The notes under the pieces were generated by a model. That model ran no database searches. It was not told the DNA's origin and saw nothing but the letters and a program-made list of their open reading frames with translations. A stretch of DNA of 64,000 bases from Octopus sinensis (taxonomy: Eukaryota), in NCBI RefSeq assembly GCF_006345805.1, contig NC_042999.1, positions 104,718,001 to 104,782,000 on the forward strand. Reading direction: 5' to 3'. Made by a program: the position numbers and the translations under genes. Below, in pieces: positions 52,782 through 64,000 of this stretch (position 1 is its first letter; every line of letters begins with the position of its first letter).

Positions 52782-53940
52782 GGAGAAAGAGGGAGAGCAT
52801 CTGCCGGCGTATGAAGTGCATTTTCACTAACGACGCACTTCTATTTTTAAAGCGTATTTTTGTTTTAAAGTGGATTTTTAGGGGTAAATTTTTTTATTCT
52901 GTCCATGTAAATATAACGCTGGGTGAGTATTCTGGATTAAAGTATGAAACAGTAAATTTACGCAAAGCTACATTAAACTTGTACTATATTTCAAACTTAA
53001 CTTTTTGCTAAATTGTATATTTGTTTATGATTTTGCTGAAGAATAATTGCCAGACAGGAAGTAAAACTCGTATTTTGGTGCATGATATTTTGTGTTATCG
53101 CAAGTGGTCTTCTGAGTGTTACACAACCGATATGGCTTCGTTGTCAGCCATTCATTGAAACAGCAATGAGAGGCTAACTATCGGCCTTTCACCTATTCTG
53201 AAAAGCCGATAAAAATTTAGCATTACTTTTATCATTCATGATAACTTTCTACTTAGTTAATTAAAAGACAAAGTTTCTCAATGGTGATTCATTAACAATC
53301 TAACGTACATATCAGGTGTAGGTTATATTGCCGACTACTGTAAGCAGTATTTTCTAAATGTATTCAAACAAACTGTGATAGTGTGGTTTGTTTTCAATAA
53401 TTCATTATCAGTAAGAATTATTGTACCTAGCAGACTTATACTTATCGATCTCAGCTAACCTACAACAAACGGACTCATAGCTGAGTGCCTAAGTTCTAAT
53501 GAAGCTGCCAGGTGTTACCCAGGCACTCACCTATGAATTTTCCGCACTTTACAACGGCAAAAACTGTAAGCCAATGAAGTTTATACGATAACCGTTTATT
53601 TCTTTGTCATCGCTTTTTTTCCTCATTACCGCTCTGTTCTCGACTAACGCTTCGTTCAGAAGCATACGTATATTGAATTTTACACCCAGGTTATTAGTAT
53701 CAAAATGCCTAAGAGAATTATTAAACACACAAACACACACACACGATCCATTCAAGGAAATATTCTATGATAAGATGCACTTGATGAACATCAACAGAAC
53801 CAGAACATACCCCAGACAACCTGAATAAAAAAAAAAGAAAACGACAAACCGAAAATATATAAGAGCAGCGAAAAGAAATGACTGCGGTGTTATGAATGAC
53901 AATGCACAGTCTTTGAGAACATAGCGTTAGTTCAAATTTT

Positions 53941-54140
53941 GGCACAAGGCTAGCAATTTCGAGGAAGCGGATAAGTCGATGACATCCATCCCGCTGCTAC
54001 ACTGGTACTTATTTTATCAAACCGAAAGGATGAAAAGCAAAGTGGACCTCGGCGGAATTTGCGATCGGAAGCTAACAGCGGACGAAATGCCGCTAAGTCT
54101 TTTGCCCGGCATGCTAACGATTCTGGCAGCTCACTGCATT
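53941..54140 (-). mobile_element. SINE family 2 copy
   Basis: Reverse complement of the 13047-type sequence (AAAGGATGAAAAGCAAAGTGGACCTCGGCGGAATTT). Confidence 0.8.
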
Positions 54141-54542
54141 CGTCAGGAATACACTATTACCAAGGTCCTCACCTTCAGAAGAGACTATTTCTACTAACTG
54201 ATTTGATATTCCTCCAACACAAGGAAAACCAAAAACCGTTCACATAGGGTTCAATGGTACGTGAAGCAAACACTTCTTGATGTTCTGTTGAGGGGACTAG
54301 ACTATTTAGTGTGTTCTTCAATTTATAGTTGTTATACAAAAGTTCCTTGTATTTTTGTACTATATACACTGCAATGAAACATAAGCTAAATTTGGTGCTT
54401 TCTCCCATTATTCATTTAGAGTCTTTTAAGAGCATATTTACTCATGACTATTTGAGATTCCAATATAAAAGATGTCACTATAATTTGAAGTGTCATAAAT
54501 GTATTTAGGACTTGTAGATATATATATGTGTGTGTGTGTATG

Positions 54543-54639
<97 letters not shown>

Positions 54640-57264
54640 AGACACACACACACACACACACCACACACACACACACACACACGAGATTTACGGAACGGAG
54701 TAGGAAAAACCCGTTCTACAAATCTTTCATACCGCAAGGATGTACATGTTGACGCAGAGAGGATTCAATAAAAAAAAAAAATAATCCAGAACCTTCCATC
54801 TCAATAAACCACTATTGTTCCTGACAGCTATTTTAAAAATATTTACTATGGATCGCTCGAAGCTAACTTTCTTCCTACACCTCGATCCCTGGATATGTGT
54901 GTGTGTGTGTGTGTGCGTGCTTACATATGTGATACGCGCACGTACACACGCACACACAGATGATGCACATAAGTACATATGTGTGTGTATACAGGTACTA
55001 ACAGTGTACATCTCTGTAAATATTGCAGGAAAGCATAGTAATTCGGCTTACCTGTTTTGAACAGAACTAAGCATTTTTTGGAGACAATGCCCAAGGCCAA
55101 TCATAACGACATGAATTACAATCAATATAATCTACTTCATTCTGGTAAGAATGCATATTTTACTGACATCAAAGAAATAAATGAAAAATCAATGACTGGC
55201 AGGTTTGAAATCCAAGCTTTGATGTTGTTTTTTAACACCCATTGGAACCTGATCAAGCAAACATATGATTAATGTCATACCAGCAGTGATCATATTGTCT
55301 TTGTTTTATTTTCCTTTCAGTCATGATATTCCTTGTGATATATTATCAAATACAGCCTTTCTTTTCGAGAAGTTAGGATTTGCTTTTCTATCATTCTAAC
55401 GTAGATTTTCTTCGTTGGCTGGTAAAGTTTACAGTTTTAAATGTTTTTAGATGCCAGCAATATATAAAAAAGCATTACTCTACTTCTGTTTCTCAATATA
55501 TTCTTAAGAGTCTGTATTACATCATTTAAACTAAACTAGAGAACTTTGTTTCGCAAGGTATGCTTTATTTGATGTTGTTACTTAAATGCATGAGAACTGA
55601 GCTACAGTCAAAAGCTTTCCTACCATGATCATCACACTATTCATTGCATATCTAGGGCTACATTATCAAATTTGACCTTTCCTTTTTTCAAGATGGTAGG
55701 GGGTAATTTTTGTCAGACTTTATTCAGTAATATTTTTTAGTAAAGTTAAATAAAGTGTTATGATTTACAGGGCTGTTGTAAGTTATTTCAGGGAGATTTT
55801 GTTCCTGTTTCTTCCAGGCCGAGTGATAACCAAGCGGGTTCCATGTTGGCTCAATTTTCAAAGGTTAACTGAGGAACTGGTGATTGTGAATATGTATTGC
55901 TCAATGCAGTAGTTGTTGCTGTTGTCGTTGTAGTCGTAGTAGTACTAGTAGTCAGGAGGTCGGGAAATTAACACGTATTCAAAAGGACCTAATTAACGAA
56001 AACTGATCGTATTTATAGCAGCTTCGAAAATTCCCGGGCAAAAAACAAACATACACAACACACACAGATATACACAACACACACGCACACACACACGCAC
56101 ACACACATAGACATACACATACACATACACACAGAACCTTAGCAATGCAAATCAGCGTTGGTTAATTTCGATGGACCCGTTAATGGCTCCTACTAGCTGT
56201 TCATGTTTGTTGAAGTCCTGACAGTGTGCGGTGAAGAAGCAGGACAACATTTACATCACATGGAATCATTATGACAGAGTGAATGTGAATAATGATATAA
56301 ATTTGAATTACAACTTGTTGAACATATTTATGTCTGTAGAATGTCAGAAATGACAAGTGAATAAATAAACTGGAAGCAAATTTAGTCGCAGAATAATTTA
56401 TCAGGTTTCAAATCGGAAATTAAAACGTTGGGAACTAATTTAACTTCTTCCACCAAAATCGTAATATAAAAGAAACTTTAAGAAACATTTCCCACCACCC
56501 AAAAATAAAATTAGCTGAGTAAATGAACGCAGCTTCTATTGATTTGACATAGAGAACTAACCGATCTTATGTGCATTCATTCAACCCTAGTAGCCTTCGA
56601 AGCGAATCATGCGTATCTTTTGACTGGTTCTAGACGATACCAATCGGTGAACAAAACCGATATTTCCTCATGTTTAGCATCACGTTCTTTGAATATCAAT
56701 AGACTTTCGATATTTATTCCCCCCACCCCAACCATTCTCCTCTACTCTATACATAGTTCACTTTTGTCATAATTTTACTGACTGGAACCAAATGCTAAAT
56801 CGATTTACTACGATTCTTTTCGTTTTTGCTATATGAACCTATTCTTGAGTGAGAAGAAAATTCCATCATCTCTACGTAGATGAGAAAACTAAGTGTTAGT
56901 GTTAGATCGTTGATTTCACAAACATGCTCTCCCTCTCTCTGTCTCTGTCTCTCTCTCTCTCTCTCCACCTCTCTATATCTTTTTCGCAAACCACCGAGAG
57001 AGTCGCTATGGGGTCGCCTAAAAGAAGTAGCAGCTAAATCTCCCTATATCTTACACAGTCTTAACTAAAAGTGATAAATTGTACACTGGAGGGATGGTTA
57101 TTGTGGAATGCATTTAACCATAGTTCTGTTCCATCAAGTCTGGCTGCAATAAACTCGTTATGCCATTCTCTCTCTCTCTCTCTCGCTTCCACTCGTTTTT
57201 CACTGCTCTTTTCTTAAATATCTGAAGTAGACAGATTAATTCCTTACTGCGTTTTCGTCTACAG

Positions 57265-57506
57265 CAGTGGTTCCCAAAGTGGGTGGTATTGCACCCCCCG
57301 GCGGCGGGGGAGGCGGTGGAAAGTTCCAAGGAGGCTTTGAAGGAAAGTGAGGTGATAATGGAGTAGCGATTTTTAGTTGTGAAATACAGTTACTTTGAAT
57401 TTGCTTCAGAAAGAGGCCTATGTTTGTGATAGTTGGGGTGGGGGGCGCTAGAAATATGGCCTGGGTGTCACGGGGGCAGCAGCCTGAAGAAGTTTGAGAA
57501 CCACTG
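57265..57506. mobile_element. hAT/Charlie-like MITE
   Basis: TIRs CAGTGGTTCCCAAA / TTTGAGAACCACTG. The 8-bp flanks GTCTACAG and CTGTACAA match at only 5/8. Confidence 0.7.
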
Positions 57507-57803
57507 CTGTACAATATATTCTTCGTTTTCATAAAGGTTATTCCACATCGTAAACTACGGACACACAACACTATTTTTACAGTTAGTTCTATCTGTGATC
57601 CAGTGTTTTGCTTACCTTTTTAAAAGCTCGCCGAACAGAGTAAGGTTCTGTTTCGGTGACTCAAAGCGTGTCCATACGGCAGCACAACACTCACTTGATA
57701 GTACCACAAGTGAAAGATCAATAGAAACCATTAACATTTCGAATGAACTATTTATGTATTAATATAATAAATCTAAATAGATCTGCAATATACATATATG
57801 CAT

Positions 57804-57970
57804 TGGTGCAAGCATGGCTGTGTGGTTAAGAAAATCTCTTCGCAAATACATGGCTTCGAATTCAGGCCCACTGTATGCCACTTCGGCAAGTGTCTTTTGC
57901 TATGGCCCCATGCTGACCAAAGCGTTTTGAATGAATTTGGCGAAAGAGACTAAGATTAAAGAGGTCCGAC
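57804..57970 (+). mobile_element. Diverged family-1 SINE 5' half
   Basis: GCATGGCTGTGTGGTTAAG...GGCAAGTGTCTTTTGCTATGGCC. Confidence 0.65.
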
Positions 57971-58345
57971 GTGTGTATATAAATATGTGTATATAAATAT
58001 AAACGTGTGTGTGTGAGCCAGGGCCCCAAATCGAGAGTATGGAGCGAAAACGCCTGAAATCATTAGGAATTCAAGACTCAATTTTCATCAGAAAATGTGA
58101 TGTTGACCGGTTTTGGGAAGCTATAGTGAAAGGTTGGCCAACAAACCGTAACCAGAAATTCGCACCGAGATCTATTGCCAATGCAAGTGTGATTGCGCAC
58201 GAAAATGCACAGTCACATACGGCCGCTCACACGGTTGAAAGTACTGAAAGATTGTGTTTCTAGTTGGTAGAATATTCTGAATACTGTCTAGATCTTGACC
58301 CATCCGACTATCACCTGTTTAGACCATCCAAACACCCTTTATGAG

Positions 58346-58508
58346 TTCTATATTGAAGAGATGAGGAATTATGTACATTATTTACATTCGACGGATATTT
58401 GTCCTCATCGTGTTTGTTGTTAACACAACGTTTCGGCTGATATAGCCTCCAGCCTTCTTCAGGTGTCTGGGGGAAATTTCGAACCTGGGTTCTCATTCCT
58501 ATGAGAAT
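58346..58508 (-). mobile_element. 163-bp hammerhead-bearing insert (retrozyme-like or Penelope-derived) inside a mariner relic
   Basis: Flanked by direct repeat CCTTTATGAG (58336-58345 and 58509-58518). It interrupts mariner coding sequence between DYHLFRPSKHP and GRRFATDTEAQEAV. Confidence 0.7.
58422..58467 (-). ncRNA. Minimal (dimer-type) hammerhead ribozyme
   Basis: Minus strand: GACAC-CTGAAGA-A-GGCTG-gaggctatat-CAGCC-GAAAC-GTT-GTGTT. 5-bp stems I and II. Stem III can form only in trans through the palindrome AACGTT. Confidence 0.7.
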
Positions 58509-59400
58509 CCTTTATGAGGTCGCCGATTTGCTACGGACACAGAAGCGCAGGAAGCAGTGTATAATGACTGCGTGACCGACTGAAAACCTTCTACAACAAT
58601 GGAATTACCAAACTTGTGGACTGCTGGAAGACGTGCGTCGAAAAGCAAGGAAACTATATCGAAAAATATGCTTTTGGTTTATTAAATTTCAGAAATAAGA
58701 GTGCGTATAATTTTTGAGTTACTCTTGTATATTTGTGTGTGCGCTTGTTTTTGTACCCCACCACCGGTTGACACCTGTGTCGGATTGTTTACGTTCCGGT
58801 AATTTATCAATACAATAATACCAGATTTAAAAGAATAAGTATTGGGTTAATGTATCTGTCAAAAAAGCCCTTAAATGTGTATGTGTCTTTGTGTTTGTTC
58901 CCCCAGCACTTGAAAACCGGTGTTGTTTTGTTTGCGTTCCCATAACTTAGTGGTTTGGAAAAGTAGTGTACATTAAACATTGAAGCTGCTTGTTTATTCC
59001 ATTAGAGATGAAGAATAAGGATCTTGAAATGTACGATACACACGTATGCGCGCGCACACACGTACACTCACACATGTGTGTGTATGTGTGTGTGTACGTG
59101 TGTGTGTATGTATATGCCTTAATAATTGATGAGATGCCGGAGCAGACTTCAGCCCCGGAGTCCGAAACTCTGAGTTTTATTATGACAACTAACTGTCACA
59201 TATTATATATACGTTATTAAAACCATGCAACCTGGGACTTTAAGTTTCACCTGACAGTACACAAGCAAGCACCCATATATAAGTGTGTGTGTATATGGAC
59301 TATATGCTTTATAAATACATAAACACACACACAAACATATATAATACAAAATTATAACAACTTATACTAATTTATAATTTTATATTGTATAAATATATTA

Positions 59401-60227
59401 AAGGGTGCGGAGAAAATCCACCAACACGCTGGAAATAGACGCCAAATAGCTCTACGAACCACATTTATACACCGTTAGCACAGGTTGGAAGCGGGTAGAT
59501 GAAAAAATGAATAAGATTTTTTTAAAATAGATGGTTAATTATAGTTCGATTTCTGGCTTAGGGTTGTAAAACCCCTTGCTGTCTTCAGTACAATATGCTA
59601 AAGTATATAGATTCAAATATTTATACATTCTCATAGGAACATATTCGCACGATTATATACATACATTTACATATATACACTAGTAAAAGTCTAATTTCTT
59701 CTCATCTCAACCATATGCGTTTATTATTAAAATAATCTCGCAGCGAATGCAATTTGATCAGGAGTAAAAAATATGTATTTTATACAAAATTAAGGTTAAA
59801 ATCATTTTAATGATATAATCAAATGAAATAAAATCGTGGTTTTATCCTCAATTTTGCATAAAACACATATTTTTTGCTCCTGATCAAATTGCATTCGCTG
59901 CGAGATTATTTTGATAATAAAAGCACGTGGTTGAGATGCGAAAGAATTAGATTTTTACTAGTGTATACATGTAAGTGTATGCATATTATCGTGTGAATAT
60001 ATTGTTCGTATAGGTATGAATAAATATTTGCATCTGTATACTTTGGCATATTATACTGAACACAGCAATGAGCTTTACAAGCCTAAGCTAGAAATTGATC
60101 TACAATTAACCATCTTTTCAGTTTTTCAGCTACCAGCTTACAACCTGTGCTAACGGTGTATAAATGTGGTTTTTTGAGCCATTTGGCGTCTATTTGTAGC
60201 GCATTGGTGTGGTTTATCCCCACCCTT
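59401..60227. mobile_element. 827-bp foldback MITE (Tc1/mariner-like termini)
   Basis: AAGGGTG...CACCCTT termini with TA on both sides. Arms of about 400 bp are inverted copies, including the exact match AAAATAATCTCGCAGCGAATGCAATTTGATCAGGAG, with a short central spacer near 59810-59840. Confidence 0.88.
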
Positions 60228-60286
60228 TAATATAATTATATAATTATGAATTAGCAAAAAAATATATATATATGTGTGTGTGTATC

Positions 60287-60330
<44 letters not shown>

Positions 60331-62963
60331 AAGAAAGAGGGTCGTATACGTACATTTATAATTCATATGTTTATATATGTCTCCATATATACTTATTTCT
60401 GCACATATCTGTGATCTGTGTATGCACGCATATGTATTTGCATATATAAATGTATGTATATATCTCTTGTAGAAATTCAGTTTCCGTTTTAAGTCAGGTG
60501 TGATGAGGTTCTGACTAAAGTATGCACTCCCAAATCAACAGAAAACGAGTAAATCATGCGCTTTCTTGCACTTATTAATCTCTATTTCCCACGCACTCAT
60601 ACACAGAGAACTACATAAAAAGGTGTAGCTATGTTTTACGTGTGTACGTATTCCGAATTAATGCCAAAAACTATATTATTGATAATTTCATGTTGTATAT
60701 GTTTATAAAATGTTGAAGGTATAACAGCCAATTATAATTAATTGGGAATACGATTATCGATAGATCAAAGTATATAAATGAGTGTGTGTATATATATGTA
60801 TGTTTGTAGGTACGTAGTTATGCACGTTTGTGTATGAGTATATATGAAATCCCATAAATATAAACCCAATACAGGCATATACATACGTACTTACATAAAT
60901 GAATACATACATACATTCATGCATGCACATATATATGTGTGTATGTGTATGAGTGTGTATGTGTGTGCATGTGTATGTGTGTGTATGCGTGTGTATGTTA
61001 AACTCAAATCCTATGATCCGTAAAAGAGAATCCTTGTATCAATAAGCCTAATCAACCATCAATGGTAGCACACATGCATACAGGCATACATACATACACA
61101 CACATACATATATACATAAATAAACATATATATGAGTATGAATGATGTGTGTATGCGTGCATACACTGTATAAACGTACACACGCACACTTATATACATA
61201 CACGTGTGTGCGCATGTTTGTGCGTTTTTGTGTGTATATAAGCTGATCAGATTATATGCAGTGCTGTAAATCTTATTAGCCAGTTTAATGTTGAGCCTTT
61301 TATATTCACTAATTGCTTACCGAATTAGTTAGGAGAAACTGTATTAGATATTTGTTATGTTTTGTTTAACGCTATAAGAGAAAGTAGAGTTTGGGCTTTC
61401 AACTACATCTCTCTAGTGATTCATCACTGAAAAATTGGGTTGTTAAGTTTATGATCAAATGTTAATATAGGGTGAATGGTTATTATTAAGAACGTACATC
61501 AACTGATAACTAGGTATCGCTATTTTTTCGTATTTTAATGGCGCTTGTGTGGAATGAATGAACATTGTGCAAAATAAATGCTACCGGTTATTCATCTTTA
61601 TGTAAGTTTATATAAAAATTTTGTTGGAGAGTAATAGGAATCAAAAGGCTGCTAATTAGATGTTAGGGGTGAATACGCAAATTGGATATAATATCAATAT
61701 TTGTCATTGGAACGGTTTGGGTGCTCTTCTATTTGCTTGTATTCTTTAAATGAACGTAACCTTTCCAGTGTATTCGTTTATATATGCATATAAGCGGACA
61801 ACTGGCAGAGTCGTTAGATTGTCGGATTGGTTTCTTTGAGGTAGGTAACTGTTCCAGCCCTCCGCATTTTGATGTCGAATTCCGGCGAAGTCCAATTCGT
61901 CTTTCATCCTTTTGAAGTATATAGATAAAGTACCAGTTCTGAATCGACTATTTATCTAGATTTTTCTTTCTGTTTTTTTTTTCCTTCTTTTTTTCAAGAA
62001 ATCGATTACGGTCAAACCTGGAAGAGATGGTCTCCTTCATGTCTAAAATGTGCAAAATATGTCGAATGTGGTACCCTTGATAACCCGTCAATGACCTGGG
62101 AACCCACAGAATAACATGTAGGGGTTTGTTGCATTTAGAAATGTTATATAGTTTCATGTGTGTATGTATTTATTGTGTATTGATATAGCTTTCTATCCAT
62201 TCACTTCTCTCACTCTTACTTTCTCGTTTTCTCTCAGTATATCTCTACACATGAATACAATCACAAGCGTATACGCATACATATATGCTTGTATGTATGT
62301 CTGTACAATATTTTGTTGTTGGAGTATAGCTGAGGATAACATTGAAGAAAGATACTTCAACAATTTGTACGCTTTTATTATTTGAGACAATCAGTTGTGA
62401 TATACTACACTTAGCAGGTCGAGTGACCATGTAGAGGTCTATTCGTTGGCTTGTATGAATGGAAGTACTGGATGACAGACTAGGCGTTGCTGACAACATA
62501 TGTACGACCTATTTGATGGGAACTAAGAACCTATCAAAGAGAACAACGGGGTTAATGTGATACAAATGGAGAAGAACAATAATAGCTGGTCGATTGGTAT
62601 ATTTTTAGTTGTACTAAATTCGGTGGCAGGAAAGGGCGTGTCTCTTTAGTATAATGTCTGAGGCGGTCGAATTCTTCACTTTATGTAGGCGAATTTTTAA
62701 TTGTTTCTCTTAGATATGATAATTGGTGTAAAGTTTAGTCTAATGTAAGATGACACTTCTAGGGTTGTTGGGGACTACAAATAGAATATTTCTGTGTCGT
62801 CCGTTACATGTGAGGAATTATTAGAGATTAGGAGGCCCTTGGCGTGGTTACTGCATGATTTACTTACTTTTTCGGGTATTCGTGTTTCAGGAAGAGTATG
62901 ATTAACTATATTACGAGTGTGCATGTGTGAGTATGCATGTATGTATGTATATTATATACACAC

Positions 62964-63008
<45 letters not shown>

Positions 63009-63078
63009 TATATATATATGCATACATACATGCATACACCAATATACGTATATATATACATACATATATATATATATA

Positions 63079-63146
<68 letters not shown>

Positions 63147-63659
63147 CATATATACATATATATACATATATATATATATATACATATATATATACATATA
63201 TATATTATAATATAAATAATATATATATATATATAATATATATATATATTATATACATATATGGGTACAGGAAGTCACCAATAGTAAACAACATAAAATA
63301 CGAAAGCAAATTAGTTAAAGACGCAAATAACGAAAGAAAAGGACAAGTAATACAAAGAATGACCCTTCAGAAGTTGTCGGCTGTCTATCTACTCTCCATT
63401 TCAAGCAATCAACACAATATGAGTCTCCGAAGCCAGTTGCTCCCCATGAATATCAATGAATCTAGAACACATTACCCACCAAGGAAGGTTATAATGTAGA
63501 CATTGGTACAGAATTTGGCACCACATGTGTATCCAGGAGTCGTGATCTAGATGCAGTCTGGCCTCTACAGTGTAAGGGCCGAAACACTTGCATTAGGGGT
63601 ACTTCTTATCTGTAAACCTGCTGTTCGAATCTTCTTAGAGTTTGTTACTAGTATAGATA

Positions 63660-63720
<61 letters not shown>

Positions 63721-64000
63721 ATACACTACGGACTTAATATACATTGGTAAATTAACTTATAATGAATGCTCGATTCACTAGAATTAACATTAATAATGAA
63801 AATTAAATGGGAGTTGTAGTAATAAGATAATGCGTTTGGAGCGTCCTCCTGTGTTAATGTATGTACCCTTAGAGGACGTATTTTCTAGAAATGCTTAGTG
63901 AGAATTTCTTTCGACTAGTTCCGCTTGTATTGAGACGATAATTTGGCACTTTTGAGAGAAGCGAACAGCCTACACTTGATAGGTTCAGGAGGGACGAAAT

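Larger units (their letters stand above)
58080..58727 (+). mobile_element. Mariner C-terminal relic with 3' TIR
   Basis: HENAQSHTA, DLDPSDYHLF, CWKTCVEKQGNYIEK. TIR ...ATAATTTTTGAGTTACTCTTG followed by TA. Confidence 0.75.

Noticed and set aside
54173-54368. Minus-strand exon-like segment (tttcattgcag ... AAG|gtgagg)
   Set aside because: All three frames contain stops, no partner exons were found and there is no protein motif. At most it is a non-coding exon.
63360-63410. Repeat with partial hammerhead-like words (also near 48850)
   Set aside because: The core is mutated, and the elements are in the wrong order or lack stems for a type I or III fold.

Overview
This is AT-rich, microsatellite-dense eukaryotic genomic DNA. 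The repeat content (tRNA-headed SINEs with RTE-like tails) looks like an octopus or other coleoid cephalopod; that is my recognition of the repeats, not a database hit. One host gene can be reconstructed that the ORF track misses. It lies on the + strand with four GT-AG exons in consistent phase (23235-23250, 26432-26482, 28696-28801, 29719-30425). It encodes the end of a probable signal peptide, a 4-Cys FOLN-like module, a BPTI/Kunitz domain with Gly at P1, an acidic linker and a very basic tail. Its first coding exon is not securely located. The rest is transposon-derived. It includes a near full-length but disabled Penelope-like element (43064-47347: RT plus C-terminal GIY-YIG, with an inverted 5' pLTR) carrying two hammerhead ribozymes. 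Further hammerhead-like motifs are scattered through the window, one of them in a 163-bp insert with a 10-bp TSD. There are also six mariner relics, a nested cluster of RLE-type (R4/Dong-like) LINE fragments in (TAA)n, an 827-bp foldback MITE, a hAT-like MITE, about 20 SINE copies, several long hairpins and a 925-bp tandem duplication. I found no rRNA, bona fide tRNA genes or CRISPR arrays. Most ORF-track entries are translations of microsatellites.
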